From contig JAJYVV010000002.1 of the NCBI GenBank assembly GCA_021791815.1, positions 1 to 52,522 of the forward strand: a stretch of 52,522 bases of DNA. Reading direction: 5' to 3'. This document shows positions 35,720-44,960 of this stretch, in pieces (within the stretch, counting starts at the first letter, position 1; the number at the start of each line of letters is the position of its first letter). The position numbers and the translations under genes were made by a program. This DNA is from Bacillota bacterium (lineage in GTDB: Bacteria; Bacillota; Sulfobacillia; RBS10-35; JAJYVN01). The notes below the pieces were generated by a model, which saw only the letters and a program-made list of their open reading frames with translations, searched no databases and was not told the origin of the DNA.

Positions 35720-37174
35720 GTGTCCATCTCTTCCTCCGCCCCGTCGTCGCGCCACCAGGTCGGGGTTGTCGGCCTGGCCGTGATGGGGGCCAACCTCGCC
35801 CGGAACATCGAACGCAACGGGTTCAGCATAGCCGTCTTCAACCGCACGTGGGCCCGCACGCAGGCCCTGATCGAAGGGCCCGCGCGCGACGCGCGCCGCA
35901 TGCAGGCCTACCGGACCATGGCGGAGTTCTGCCAGGCCCTGGAACGGCCCCGCCGCGTCATCGTCATGGTCCAGGCGGGCGCCCCGGTGGACGACATGAT
36001 CGACCAGCTGCTGCCGCACCTCGAGCCCGGCGACTGCATCATGGACGGCGGCAACTCGCACTTCCCGGACACGGAGGCGCGCGTCAAGGCCCTGGCGGCC
36101 AAGGGCATCCACTTCCTGGGCACCGGCATCTCCGGGGGCGAGGAGGGGGCCCTCTGGGGGCCGTCCATCATGCCGGGCGGCCCGCGCGACGCTTACGCGG
36201 CGTTCGAGCCGATCCTGACCAGGGTGGCGGCGCAGGTCAGCGACGGCCCGTGCTGCACGTACGTCGGGCCGGGCGGCGCCGGTCACTACGTGAAGATGGT
36301 GCACAACGGCATCGAGTACGGCGATATCCAGCTGATCTGCGAGGCATACGGCGTCCTGTCCCGCCTCGGAGGGCTGTCGGCCTCCGAGCTTTCCGGCGTC
36401 TTCGCCGAGTGGAACCGCGGCGAGCTCGACTCCTACCTGATCGAGATCGCCTCCAAGGTCCTCGCCTACACGGACCCCGAAACGGGCCGCCCCCTCGTCG
36501 ACCTCATCCTGGACCGGGCCGGCCAGAAGGGCACCGGGAAGTGGACGTCCCAGGAGGCGCTGGACCTCGGCGTGCCCATCCCGACCATCGACGCCGCGAT
36601 CTGGGTGCGCAACATCTCGGCGCGCAAGGACGAGCGCGTCGCCGCCAGCCGGGTGATCGCGGGGCCCCCGCCGGTGCCCGCGGTCTCAGGGGAGGAGCGC
36701 CGCGCCCTGATCCAAGCGGTGGGACAGGCCCTCTACGCGAGCAAGGTGGCCTCCTACGCGCAGGGCCTGGCCATGCTGCGCGCGGCCTCCGAGGAGCACG
36801 GGTACGACCTGGACCTCATCGAGATGGCCCGCATCTGGAAGGGCGGCTGCATCATCCGCGCCCAGTTGCTCTCCCGCATCCAGGATGCCTACCGGCGCAA
36901 GCCGGACCTGCAGAACCTGCTCCTCGACCCCTACTTCACCGATGTCATCGCGACGCACCACGCCGCCTGGCGCCACCTGGTCTCCACGGCGGTCCGGGCC
37001 GGCATCCCCGTGCCCGCGACCAGCGCCTCGCTGGCCTACGTCGACGCCTACCGGGCGGAGCGCCTGCCCGCCAACCTGCTCCAGGGGCTGCGCGACTTCT
37101 TCGGCGCCCACACCTACGAGCGGACGGACCGGGAGGGCTCGTTCCACACCCAGTGGGAGGCCTCGGCCCAGTAG
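35720..37174 (+). CDS. gnd: 6-phosphogluconate dehydrogenase, decarboxylating
   Basis: GTG 35720 lies 7 nt after GGGAGGGA. 'VGVVGLAVMGANLARN', 'GTGISGGEEGALWGPSIMPGG', 'GAGHYVKMVHNGIEYGDIQLI', 'QKGTGKWT' and 'FFGAHTYER'. Confidence 0.95.
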   Translation: MSISSSAPSSRHQVGVVGLAVMGANLARNIERNGFSIAVFNRTWARTQALIEGPARDARRMQAYRTMAEFCQALERPRRVIVMVQAGAPVDDMIDQLLPHLEPGDCIMDGGNSHFPDTEARVKALAAKGIHFLGTGISGGEEGALWGPSIMPGGPRDAYAAFEPILTRVAAQVSDGPCCTYVGPGGAGHYVKMVHNGIEYGDIQLICEAYGVLSRLGGLSASELSGVFAEWNRGELDSYLIEIASKVLAYTDPETGRPLVDLILDRAGQKGTGKWTSQEALDLGVPIPTIDAAIWVRNISARKDERVAASRVIAGPPPVPAVSGEERRALIQAVGQALYASKVASYAQGLAMLRAASEEHGYDLDLIEMARIWKGGCIIRAQLLSRIQDAYRRKPDLQNLLLDPYFTDVIATHHAAWRHLVSTAVRAGIPVPATSASLAYVDAYRAERLPANLLQGLRDFFGAHTYERTDREGSFHTQWEASAQ

Positions 37175-37206
37175 GGCGGAGGCGCGCGGGCCCCGCCACG
37201 AAGGGG

Positions 37207-38646
37207 GTGGAGGGCACGCGGCCCGTCGGGGCGGCCCTGCACCTCCTGCCCGTGCGGGCGCGGGTGCCCCTCAAGTTCGGCCGGGAGACCCTGGACGAGG
37301 TCACCTGCGCGCGGGTGCGGCTGGCGGTGCGCGACGAGGCCGGGCGCCTCGCCAGCGGGTGGGGCGAGACGCCCCTCTCCGCGCAGTGGGCGTGGCCGGG
37401 CGCCCTCTCCCTCGGGGAGCGGCAGGACGCGATGGCCGCGTTCTGCCAACGGCTCGCGGCCGCGTGGGCGGCTTTCCCCGGCCGCGGCCATCCGCTCGCC
37501 GTCGGCGCCGCCTTCCTGGCGGAGGCCTTGCCGGAACTCCTGCGCGCGTTCAACCGGGGGCGCGCGCCCGAAGGGGCCATGCCCCGGCTTGCGGCCCTCG
37601 TGTGCTGCTCCGCCTTCGACCTCGCGCTGCACGACGCCTACGGCGTCCTGCGGGGCCGCCCCGCTTACGCGGGGTACGGCCGGGAGGACCTGGGCAGCGT
37701 CGATCTCCGGTCGTTCCTGGAGCCCGCCTCGGGGGGGCCGGCGTCGTTCGCCGGCCTGTATCCGGCGGACTTCCTGCAGGCGCTCCAGCGGCGGTTGCCC
37801 GCCTGGCACCTGGTGGGAGGCGCCGACCCGCTCGGACCCGCCGACCTCGACGGCACGGAGCCCGACGACGGCCACCCGGTCCTCCTCCGGGACTGGATCC
37901 GCCAGGACGGCCTGCGCTGTCTCAAGGTCAAGCTGCGCGGCACCGACCCGGGGTGGGACCATGCGCGCCTCGCCGCCGTCGGGCGCATCGCCGCGCAGGA
38001 GGGCTGCGCCTGGCTGAGCGCGGACTTCAACTGCACGGTCGTGGACCCGCGCTACGTCACGGACATCCTCGACCGCCTCCTGCGCGACGAACCGGAGGTC
38101 TTCCGCATGCTGCTGTATGTGGAGCAGCCGTTCCCCTACGACCTGGAGGGGACGCGCATCGACGTCCGCGCGGTGTCGGCCCGGCGGTCCCTCTTCATGG
38201 ACGAGAGCGCGAGCGACTGGACGCTGGTGCGCCTCGGCCGCGACCTGGGCTGGAGCGGGGTGGCGCTGAAGACGTGCAAGACCCAGACGGGCGCCCTCCT
38301 CGCCGGCGTGTGGGCGCGGGCGCACGGCATGCCGCTCATGGTCCAGGACCTGACGAACCCGATGCTCGCCCAGATCCCGCACGTCCTGCTCGCGGCGCAC
38401 ATGGGGACGATCATGGGCGTCGAGACCAACGCCATGCAGTTCTATCCCGACGCCTCGCGGCCCGAGGCGGGCGTCCACCCCGGGCTGTACCGGCGGCGCG
38501 GCGGATGCGTCGACCTCTCGACGCTGGGCGGCCCGGGCTTCGGCTACGGGGCGGCCCTCACGGTGCGGCAGGTCCCCGCGCCCGTGGCCGCTTTCGGGGA
38601 ACTCGGAGACGGCGCGGGCCGGGGCGGGGAGGGGGATGCGGTTTGA
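37207..38646 (+). CDS. Enolase-superfamily enzyme (mandelate racemase/muconate lactonizing family)
   Basis: 'CLKVKLRG', 'LSADFNCT', 'YVEQPFP', 'LFMDESAS' and 'ALKTCK' are the canonical KxK / D / E / DE / K barrel residues. The start is uncertain: GTG 37207 sits directly after a G-run. Confidence 0.8.
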   Translation: MEGTRPVGAALHLLPVRARVPLKFGRETLDEVTCARVRLAVRDEAGRLASGWGETPLSAQWAWPGALSLGERQDAMAAFCQRLAAAWAAFPGRGHPLAVGAAFLAEALPELLRAFNRGRAPEGAMPRLAALVCCSAFDLALHDAYGVLRGRPAYAGYGREDLGSVDLRSFLEPASGGPASFAGLYPADFLQALQRRLPAWHLVGGADPLGPADLDGTEPDDGHPVLLRDWIRQDGLRCLKVKLRGTDPGWDHARLAAVGRIAAQEGCAWLSADFNCTVVDPRYVTDILDRLLRDEPEVFRMLLYVEQPFPYDLEGTRIDVRAVSARRSLFMDESASDWTLVRLGRDLGWSGVALKTCKTQTGALLAGVWARAHGMPLMVQDLTNPMLAQIPHVLLAAHMGTIMGVETNAMQFYPDASRPEAGVHPGLYRRRGGCVDLSTLGGPGFGYGAALTVRQVPAPVAAFGELGDGAGRGGEGDAV

Positions 38647-39425
38647 GCCGCGAGTTCTCGGTGTTCACGAAGCCGTGGCGCATGCCTCTGCCGGAGCTGG
38701 CCGGCCTCGTGGCCGGGCTCGGCTTCACCGCCGTGGAGCTGCCGGTGCGGCCCGGATACCCCGTGCACCCCGACAACGTCCGCACGGCGCTCGCGGAGGC
38801 GGCGAACATCCTGGGCGCCCACGGCGTGCGCATCGGGAGCGTGGCCGGACCGACCGACGACGCCACCATCGCGGCCTGCGCCGCCGCGGGCGTGCCGCTC
38901 ATCCGCATCTGCGTGGGCGTGCCCCAGGGGCGAAACTACCTCGAACACGAGGCGGACACGCGGCGCTTCCTGGCCGCGTTGGCACCGCGCCTGGGCGAAG
39001 CCGGGGTGCGGCTCGGCATCCAGAACCACTGCGGGCGCGACTTCGGCAGCGCCGCCGCCGTGCGGCGGCTCATCGAAGACCTGGACCCGCGCCAGGTGGG
39101 CGCGGTCTGGGACCCGGCCCACTGCGCCCTGGCCGGCGAGCCGCCGGACCTCGCGGCCGACATCCTGTGGTCGCACCTGTGCCTGATCAACCTCAAAAAC
39201 GCCGTGTGGCGGCGCAGCAACGAACCGGACGCCGAGGCGGCCGAGTACCGGCAGCACTGGACGTCCGGACGCGAGGGCCTCTGCTCCTGGCGCCGGGTCG
39301 CGGAGGAGGCGCGGCGGCGCGGGTACGCCGGACCGGTGTGCCTGACCGCCGAATACAGCGGTCCGGAGCCGGTGGAGCGACTGGTGGCGCAGGACCTGGC
39401 CTTCGCGCGCGGCCTGCTGGACTGA
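38643..39425 (+). CDS. Sugar phosphate isomerase/epimerase (xylose-isomerase-like TIM barrel)
   Basis: TTG 38643 overlaps the upstream stop (TTGA) and follows GGGGAGGGGGA. 'GFTAVELPV', 'LGIQNH', 'GAVWDPAH' and 'VCLTAEY'. Confidence 0.85.
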   Translation: MSREFSVFTKPWRMPLPELAGLVAGLGFTAVELPVRPGYPVHPDNVRTALAEAANILGAHGVRIGSVAGPTDDATIAACAAAGVPLIRICVGVPQGRNYLEHEADTRRFLAALAPRLGEAGVRLGIQNHCGRDFGSAAAVRRLIEDLDPRQVGAVWDPAHCALAGEPPDLAADILWSHLCLINLKNAVWRRSNEPDAEAAEYRQHWTSGREGLCSWRRVAEEARRRGYAGPVCLTAEYSGPEPVERLVAQDLAFARGLLD

Positions 39426-39446
39426 CGAGCCTCCCGTCAGGATCCG

Positions 39447-40985
39447 TCAGGACGCCGCGATACCCAGCACCAGCCGGAAGGCGGACACGTCGTCGAGGCC
39501 GGCGGTCGCCGAATCGCCGATCCAACGCTCGCGGCCCTTTCCCACCGCCACCACGCAGTCGCCGGGGGAACGTCCGGCCAGCGCCTCCTGGAACGCCTCG
39601 AGGCGGTCGCGCACGAAGCGCACCGGCACCCCGCAGTCGTGGACGGCGCGCCGCATGGGCTCGGCCGCGCCCGCCGGATCCTCCGGAGCCGGCCGGTCCG
39701 AGGTGAGCACGACCTGGTCCGCGAACGCCGCGACGATGGCCCCCATCAGGGGACGCTTGCCCGGGTCGCGGCCGCCGCGGGCGCCCATCACGACGAGGAG
39801 CCGACCGCGGGTGGACCGCCGCAGCAACTGGAGGAGGGCGCGCAGGCCCGCCGGGTTGTGGGCGTAGTCGACGATCACGCGGACGGGCCGCCGCACCACC
39901 TGCTCCAGGCGCCCGGCGACCGAGTGGACGGCGGCCACCCCGGCGGCGGCGGCCGAGGGAGGGAGGTCCAGGGCGGCCGCCACGGCCGCCGCGCACACGG
40001 CGTTCTCGACGTTGTGGTCGCCGGGCAGCCGCACCCGCATCCCGACCGGGGCCGCCCGGCCGGGCCAGCGCACCGCGATGTCCGTCCCGGCCAAGGCCCG
40101 GGGTTGCGTCGAGACGACCTCGATGTCGCCGCCGGGCCCGTACTCGACGGTGGGGCCCGGGCACGCCTTGCGAAACGTCGCGAGGTCCTCCAGACGCCGG
40201 TTGAGCACCCCGATGCCGGGCCGTCCGGGCCGGCGCGCCAGGTGGCGGAACAGGTCCGCCTTCGCCTGCACGTACGCGTCGCGATCGGCATAGTATTCGA
40301 AGTGTTCGCGGGACAGGTTGGTGATCGCGGCCACTTCGAAGGGGCAGTCGGCGACGCGGTTCTGGCTCACCGCCTGCGCCGAGACCTCCATGACGCAGCT
40401 ATCGGCGCCGGCGGCGAGGGCCTCGGCCAGCGCCCCGTGGAGCTGCACCGGCGGCGGGGTCGTCCAGGGCAGTTCGCGAAGCGTTTGGTCCTGCAGTCGA
40501 ACGCCCAACGTCCCGATGGTGCAGGGGTGGAAACCCGCGGCGGACAGCACCGCGGCCGTGAGGGCGGCGGTGGATGTCTTGCCGTTGGTGCCGGTGACGC
40601 CGATCAGGCGCATGTGGCGGGCCGGGTTGCGGAACCAGGCCGCGGCCAGTTCGGAGAGGGCCGCGCGCGCGTCGCCGACGACGCAGATGGGGACCGGGCA
40701 GGGCTGCGGGCGCTCGCAGACGACGAGCGCGGCCCCGGCGGCGGCCGCATCCGCGATGTAGCGGTGGCCGTCGGTCTGCTGGCCGCCGTGCGCGACGAAA
40801 ATCCACCCCGGGCCCACTTCACGGGAATCCTCGCTCAGTCCGGCCAGCGGCGTCCCGTTCCAGGCGCGCCGGCTCGCGGCCCCCAGCAGAGCGCGCCATG
40901 GAACCGACGTCGAGGGCGCCGGGACGTCGACGGGGATCGCCGGGACCACCCCCCGCGCATCGCCTCCGCGGCCGGGACCCGGCAT
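39447..40985 (-). CDS. murE: Mur ligase, MurE-type (UDP-MurNAc-L-Ala-D-Glu:diamino-acid ligase)
   Basis: 'LSEDSREVGPGWIFVAHGGQQTDGHRYIADAAAAGAALVV', 'IGVTGTNGKTST', 'VMEVSAQAV' and 'ITNLSREHFEYY'. The C-terminal 'VLTSDRPAPEDP' sits where DAP-type enzymes have DNPR. Confidence 0.85.
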   Translation of the reverse strand: MPGPGRGGDARGVVPAIPVDVPAPSTSVPWRALLGAASRRAWNGTPLAGLSEDSREVGPGWIFVAHGGQQTDGHRYIADAAAAGAALVVCERPQPCPVPICVVGDARAALSELAAAWFRNPARHMRLIGVTGTNGKTSTAALTAAVLSAAGFHPCTIGTLGVRLQDQTLRELPWTTPPPVQLHGALAEALAAGADSCVMEVSAQAVSQNRVADCPFEVAAITNLSREHFEYYADRDAYVQAKADLFRHLARRPGRPGIGVLNRRLEDLATFRKACPGPTVEYGPGGDIEVVSTQPRALAGTDIAVRWPGRAAPVGMRVRLPGDHNVENAVCAAAVAAALDLPPSAAAAGVAAVHSVAGRLEQVVRRPVRVIVDYAHNPAGLRALLQLLRRSTRGRLLVVMGARGGRDPGKRPLMGAIVAAFADQVVLTSDRPAPEDPAGAAEPMRRAVHDCGVPVRFVRDRLEAFQEALAGRSPGDCVVAVGKGRERWIGDSATAGLDDVSAFRLVLGIAAS

Positions 40986-41173
40986 GGCCCGGGTCCCGCC
41001 AAGGGTCGGTTCGTTCAGACAGCGTGTCCATGTCTATTCCCGCGGCATGACGGTGCCGTGACGCGGCGTGCCCGGGCACGGGGCGGCCGTAGGCGCCCGC
41101 CCGCCTTCACCCGCGGATATCGGGCGCGGCCGGCCGCGCGGTGAGGCCTCCCGGAACCGAAGGGCCTGCGCGC

Positions 41174-42421
41174 CTATCGCCGCAGGAACAGCTCGACGAC
41201 CGGCACCGCGACGTCCGGCTGTTGCACGGGCAGTTCCAGCGTCAGCGTGCCGTCCCCGGGACGTTCGCGGTACCGGACTTCCGAGGCGTCGTGCAGAAGC
41301 TGGGCATACTCCACCCGGCCGCCCAGCCCCTCCAGGTGCAGGTTGCGGAACGGCCACGCGAACACGTGCAGGTACAGCCGGTCGCCGCTGCGCGTGTAGC
41401 GGCAGTCGTCCGGCGGGGTCTCCTCGGCGGCGCCGCATCCGTAGATCGCCCGCCCGTGGTGGTGGAGCCAGCGCCCGACGCCTTCCAGGCGTTCCAGGGA
41501 GCGCGGGTCGAACTCCCCGCGGCCCGTCGGCCCCACGTTCAGGAGGAGGTTGCCGCCCTTGCTCACCGAGTCGATGAGCATGCGCACCAGCAGGCCCACG
41601 GGCTTCCAGTCGAGGTTGTCGCGGTCGTAGCCCCACGACCCGTTCATGGTCTGGCAGGCTTCCCAGAAGTGGTACTCGGCGGCGCTCGTGCGCCGCGGCT
41701 GGTACTGCTCGGGGGTGCGCACCCCGCGCCCCAGATCCAGCCGGTCGTTGAAGACGATGTGCGGCTGGAGCTCGCGGCACATCGCCTCCAACTCCTCGGA
41801 ACGCCAGTCGGCGCGGCCCTTGCCCTTGGACCAGCCCCAGTCGCTGCCCGGATAGGAAAAGTCGAACCACATGTAATCGATGCGGCCGTAATGGGTCAGC
41901 AGCTCGCGCACCTGGCCGTGCAGGTACGCGGCGTACTTGGCCATGTCCCTGCCCTTCTCGCGCTCCCGGAACTCCACGTTGTCCCGCATGGGATGCAGGC
42001 CGTCGATCGGATACTCCGGGTGGTGCCAGTCGATGAGCGAGTGGTACAGGCCGACGCGCAGGCCCTCGGCCCGGAAGGCATCCAGCATCGGACGCAGCAG
42101 GTCGCGCCCGTATGGCGTGTTGGTCGCCTTGTAGTCGGTGAGCTGGGAGTCCCACAGGGCGAAGCCCTCGTGATGCTTGGAGGTGATGACCATGTAGCGC
42201 ATGCCGGCGCGGCGGGCGGCCGCGGCCCACTCCTCCGGCCGGAACAGGTCGGGGTTGAAGTGCCGGAAGTACCGGTCGTACTGCTCGTCCGGGATGCGTT
42301 CCCGGTTCTTGACCCACTCGTGGCGCGCGGGCAGCGCGTAGAGGCCCCAATGGATGAACAGCCCGAAACGGTCGCGGATCAGCCAGTCGAGGTCGGCGTT
42401 GAAGCCCTCGGGCTCGGACAT
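41174..42421 (-). CDS. Alpha-L-fucosidase (GH29)
   Basis: ATG 42421 lies about 8 nt after AGGAGGG. 'RFGLFIHWGLYALPA', 'MRYMVITSKHHEGFALWDS', 'GLYHS', 'IDYMWFDF', 'GSWGY' and 'GGNLLLNVGPT'. No signal peptide, so probably cytoplasmic. Confidence 0.9.
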   Translation of the reverse strand: MSEPEGFNADLDWLIRDRFGLFIHWGLYALPARHEWVKNRERIPDEQYDRYFRHFNPDLFRPEEWAAAARRAGMRYMVITSKHHEGFALWDSQLTDYKATNTPYGRDLLRPMLDAFRAEGLRVGLYHSLIDWHHPEYPIDGLHPMRDNVEFREREKGRDMAKYAAYLHGQVRELLTHYGRIDYMWFDFSYPGSDWGWSKGKGRADWRSEELEAMCRELQPHIVFNDRLDLGRGVRTPEQYQPRRTSAAEYHFWEACQTMNGSWGYDRDNLDWKPVGLLVRMLIDSVSKGGNLLLNVGPTGRGEFDPRSLERLEGVGRWLHHHGRAIYGCGAAEETPPDDCRYTRSGDRLYLHVFAWPFRNLHLEGLGGRVEYAQLLHDASEVRYRERPGDGTLTLELPVQQPDVAVPVVELFLRR

Positions 42422-42887
42422 GCGGACATCCCTCCTGTGCGAGCTGGGCCTGGAGCGGGCGCGGCATCGCAGGACGGGCACACCCCGGACGAGGTACCCC
42501 GGGCCGGCGTTCGGCGCTTCCCGCGGCGTTCCTGGCGAGGGGGGGCCGGAGGCGCGCATGGGCGCGGCCGCCCCGGCCCGGCTCGCGGTCCGAGGCGCGC
42601 GCCGGGACCAGTTGTAAGATGCAGCCATGTCCCGGCCGTCGGGACGGAGGAATGCGGCAATGGCAGGAGAAGAGGCGCCAGGAAACGCCGGGATGACGCT
42701 CCACCATGCCGAACTTGCCTGAGGCGAAGGCAGGCATTAGGAACCAGTCCGACCCCAGAGGGAGGTGACGTCGCCGAACCGGCGCGAGCCGCGACGGGGC
42801 CGGTGCGGGCGCCGGCGGTGGGACGCCGGCGAGCCGGCCCGCCGTGCCAAGCCATCCGGCTGCGACGCGGAGAGGGGGTCTTCGGTC

Positions 42888-43649
42888 ATGGATCGCTTCG
42901 GTGGGCTGCGCGTGACCCTGGTGTCGCTGTGCGTGGCGCTGCTGCTCGGCGCCACCGGGTGCGGGGCGGGAGCGGCCGGGAACGCGGCGTCGAGCAAGAC
43001 CGGGGCCGGATCCAGCAGCGGCGCCGCGGCCGCCCCGACGACGCTTCCGGCGGGGGCCACGCTGGGCTGCGACGAGACGCCGCAGCCGGCCTGCACCTAC
43101 GGGGGCGCCACGGCGGCGCCGAACGGCGTGAAGGTCGAGCAGATCAACACCCAGATCACGCCCGGCATGATGCAGGTCCAGTCCCCTCTGGCCGTCGTGT
43201 CCGACAAGTCGGCCCCCGGCGGCGAATACATCGCGCTGCCTCAGGGCACGGGCAGCACGTCGGCGACCAACGGCCTGGCGACCATGGCGGTCAACATCCC
43301 GCAAACGGGCTATTACATCATGTGGGCCGCGACGCAGTCGGGGGACACGACCACAGGCACGGACTCGTTCTTCCTGGGGCTCGGGCTGAACAACCTGCCG
43401 ACGGCGGACCTCGACCACACCTGGTCGATCATGCCCGACAACAACTGGCACGTGCACGACAGCACCGGCGGCTGCGTGCAGCTCGTGCACAGCGGGCCGA
43501 ACGACGCCCCGAGCGGGTGCGACACCTGGCACTTCCAGAAGGGCATCCTCGTCATCTACATCGCCGGCCGCGAGACCAACAGCCACCTCGCGTGGCTGGA
43601 GATCTCGCCGGCCAACCCGAAGAATCCGTTGCCGGACACCCGGCAATAG
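42888..43649 (+). CDS. Secreted lipoprotein with carbohydrate-binding-module-like beta-sandwich domain
   Basis: ATG 42888 follows GAGAGGGGG. Lipobox 'LLLGATGC'. Ser/Gly/Ala linker. 'SDKSAPGGEYIALPQGTG..NIPQTGYYIMWAATQSGDTTTGTDSFFLGL..NNWHVH' has the pattern of CBM-type jelly rolls. Confidence 0.7.
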   Translation: MDRFGGLRVTLVSLCVALLLGATGCGAGAAGNAASSKTGAGSSSGAAAAPTTLPAGATLGCDETPQPACTYGGATAAPNGVKVEQINTQITPGMMQVQSPLAVVSDKSAPGGEYIALPQGTGSTSATNGLATMAVNIPQTGYYIMWAATQSGDTTTGTDSFFLGLGLNNLPTADLDHTWSIMPDNNWHVHDSTGGCVQLVHSGPNDAPSGCDTWHFQKGILVIYIAGRETNSHLAWLEISPANPKNPLPDTRQ

Positions 43650-43691
43650 CCCGCAGGCGGGGCGGGCGGCCGCCCCGCCTGCCACCGCCCC

Positions 43692-44729
43692 TCAGAGCAG
43701 CCCGGTCATGGCCCGCGCCCGTTCGATGACGGCGATCTGGCGCCGGATGCTCTGCGCGGTCACCGCGACCGGGGCGCCCTCCCGCAACGTCCGGAAGAGG
43801 TCGTCGTAGAAGAGCAGCGGTGCGGGGCGGCCCTGCTCGGGTCGCAGGATCTCCTCCTGCCACGGAAGCTCCTCGGGCCTCTGGTAGCGGCGACCGGCCG
43901 CCGGTCCCTCGTCCACCTGGAGGGGCGGCAGCGCCCCCGGGTCGAGCCACCGCACGCGCAGCCCGCCGCCCTCGACGCTCTGCAGCGCCCCGGCGGTGCC
44001 GAAGACCGACCACTCGGGCTGCGGCAGGGCGCAGCAGTGGCTCAGCTCGATGTCGAAAACCATCCCCGTCCCGCGCAGGCAGATCTTGACGTGGTCCTCG
44101 GCGTCGCCGGCGCCGACCGTGTGTCGCAGGTCCGCGAAGACCTCCACCGGCCCGTCGCCCAGCAGGACCAGCGCCTGGTCGATGATGTGCGGCCCGTTGT
44201 TGGAGAGTTCGCCGCCGCCGAGGCGGCGCAGCATCTGCCAGTCCGCGCGCCGGATGAAGTTGTTGGCGGTGTGCTTGGCCAGGACCACCCGTCCCAGGCG
44301 CCCGCTTTCGATGATCGAGCGCACCGCTCGAAACGTCGCCGTCCAGCGGTACTGCTGGAAGCAGGTGAGCACCCTTCCGGATTGCTGCGCGGCGGCGATC
44401 GCCGTGTCGATCTCGGCCAGGTTCTGGGCCATGGGCTTCTCGACCAGGGCGTGCCGGCCCGCGCGCAACGCCTCGGCCGCCAGGGACGCGTGGGTATGGG
44501 ACGGTGTGGCGACCACGACGAGTTCGACGCCGGCGTCGGCGAGCAGTTGCTCCGGCCGCTCGTACGCCGCGCAGCCGAAGCGCTGCTGGGCCTCCGCGCG
44601 CCTCTCGGCCACCGGGTCGGCGACGGCCACCACGCGGAAGCCCTCGTGGCGGGCCATGGCGTCGGCGTGGATGTTCCAGCCGCTGCGGCCGAGTCCGGCG
44701 ATGCCGGCGCGGACGGGGTCGGAGGGCAC
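43692..44729 (-). CDS. Gfo/Idh/MocA family oxidoreductase
   Basis: 'VRAGIAGLGRSGWNIH', 'HALVEKPMA' and the C-terminal domain. GTG 44729 is preferred over GTG 44738 on SD spacing (AAGGGAAG). Confidence 0.85.
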   Translation of the reverse strand: MPSDPVRAGIAGLGRSGWNIHADAMARHEGFRVVAVADPVAERRAEAQQRFGCAAYERPEQLLADAGVELVVVATPSHTHASLAAEALRAGRHALVEKPMAQNLAEIDTAIAAAQQSGRVLTCFQQYRWTATFRAVRSIIESGRLGRVVLAKHTANNFIRRADWQMLRRLGGGELSNNGPHIIDQALVLLGDGPVEVFADLRHTVGAGDAEDHVKICLRGTGMVFDIELSHCCALPQPEWSVFGTAGALQSVEGGGLRVRWLDPGALPPLQVDEGPAAGRRYQRPEELPWQEEILRPEQGRPAPLLFYDDLFRTLREGAPVAVTAQSIRRQIAVIERARAMTGLL

Positions 44730-44925
44730 GGGCGGCACTTCCCTTCGGACGGGGGGTGGGGAGTCCGGCGGACCCGAGGGCGCGTTCGGGCCTGCGCGCG
44801 GCGCTCGGGCGGCCGTCCCATGGGCGTCTTTGGCGGCCCGGGTGGCTGGCCCTGCCGGGGGAGGTCGGACCCATGGGCCCGGGGGCGGGTCGGGCGAGCG
44901 GCGACCCCCACGGCGCACGAGCCCG

Positions 44926-44954
44926 TTGCGGTGCCGCCGGCAAAGGTCTAGTAT
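44926..44954 (+). promoter_or_regulatory. Sigma-70-like promoter of the T-box/ilv-leu operon
   Basis: TTGCGG (44926-44931), 17 nt, TAGTAT (44949-44954). Confidence 0.5.
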
Positions 44955-44960
44955 GGCCGC

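Noticed and set aside
34465-38646. 1393-aa plus-strand ORF spanning the mgsA gap, gnd (out of frame) and the enolase-superfamily gene
   Set aside because: Only the final ~479 aa carry enolase-superfamily motifs. The upstream part is low-complexity text and overlaps the unambiguous gnd gene in another frame.
39426-39446. Tandem direct repeat CCGTCAGGA-T-CCGTCAGGA in the 21-nt gap between convergent genes
   Set aside because: Only two short copies are present, and they overlap the murE stop codon region. Slippage or chance is the more likely cause, and there is no evidence for function.
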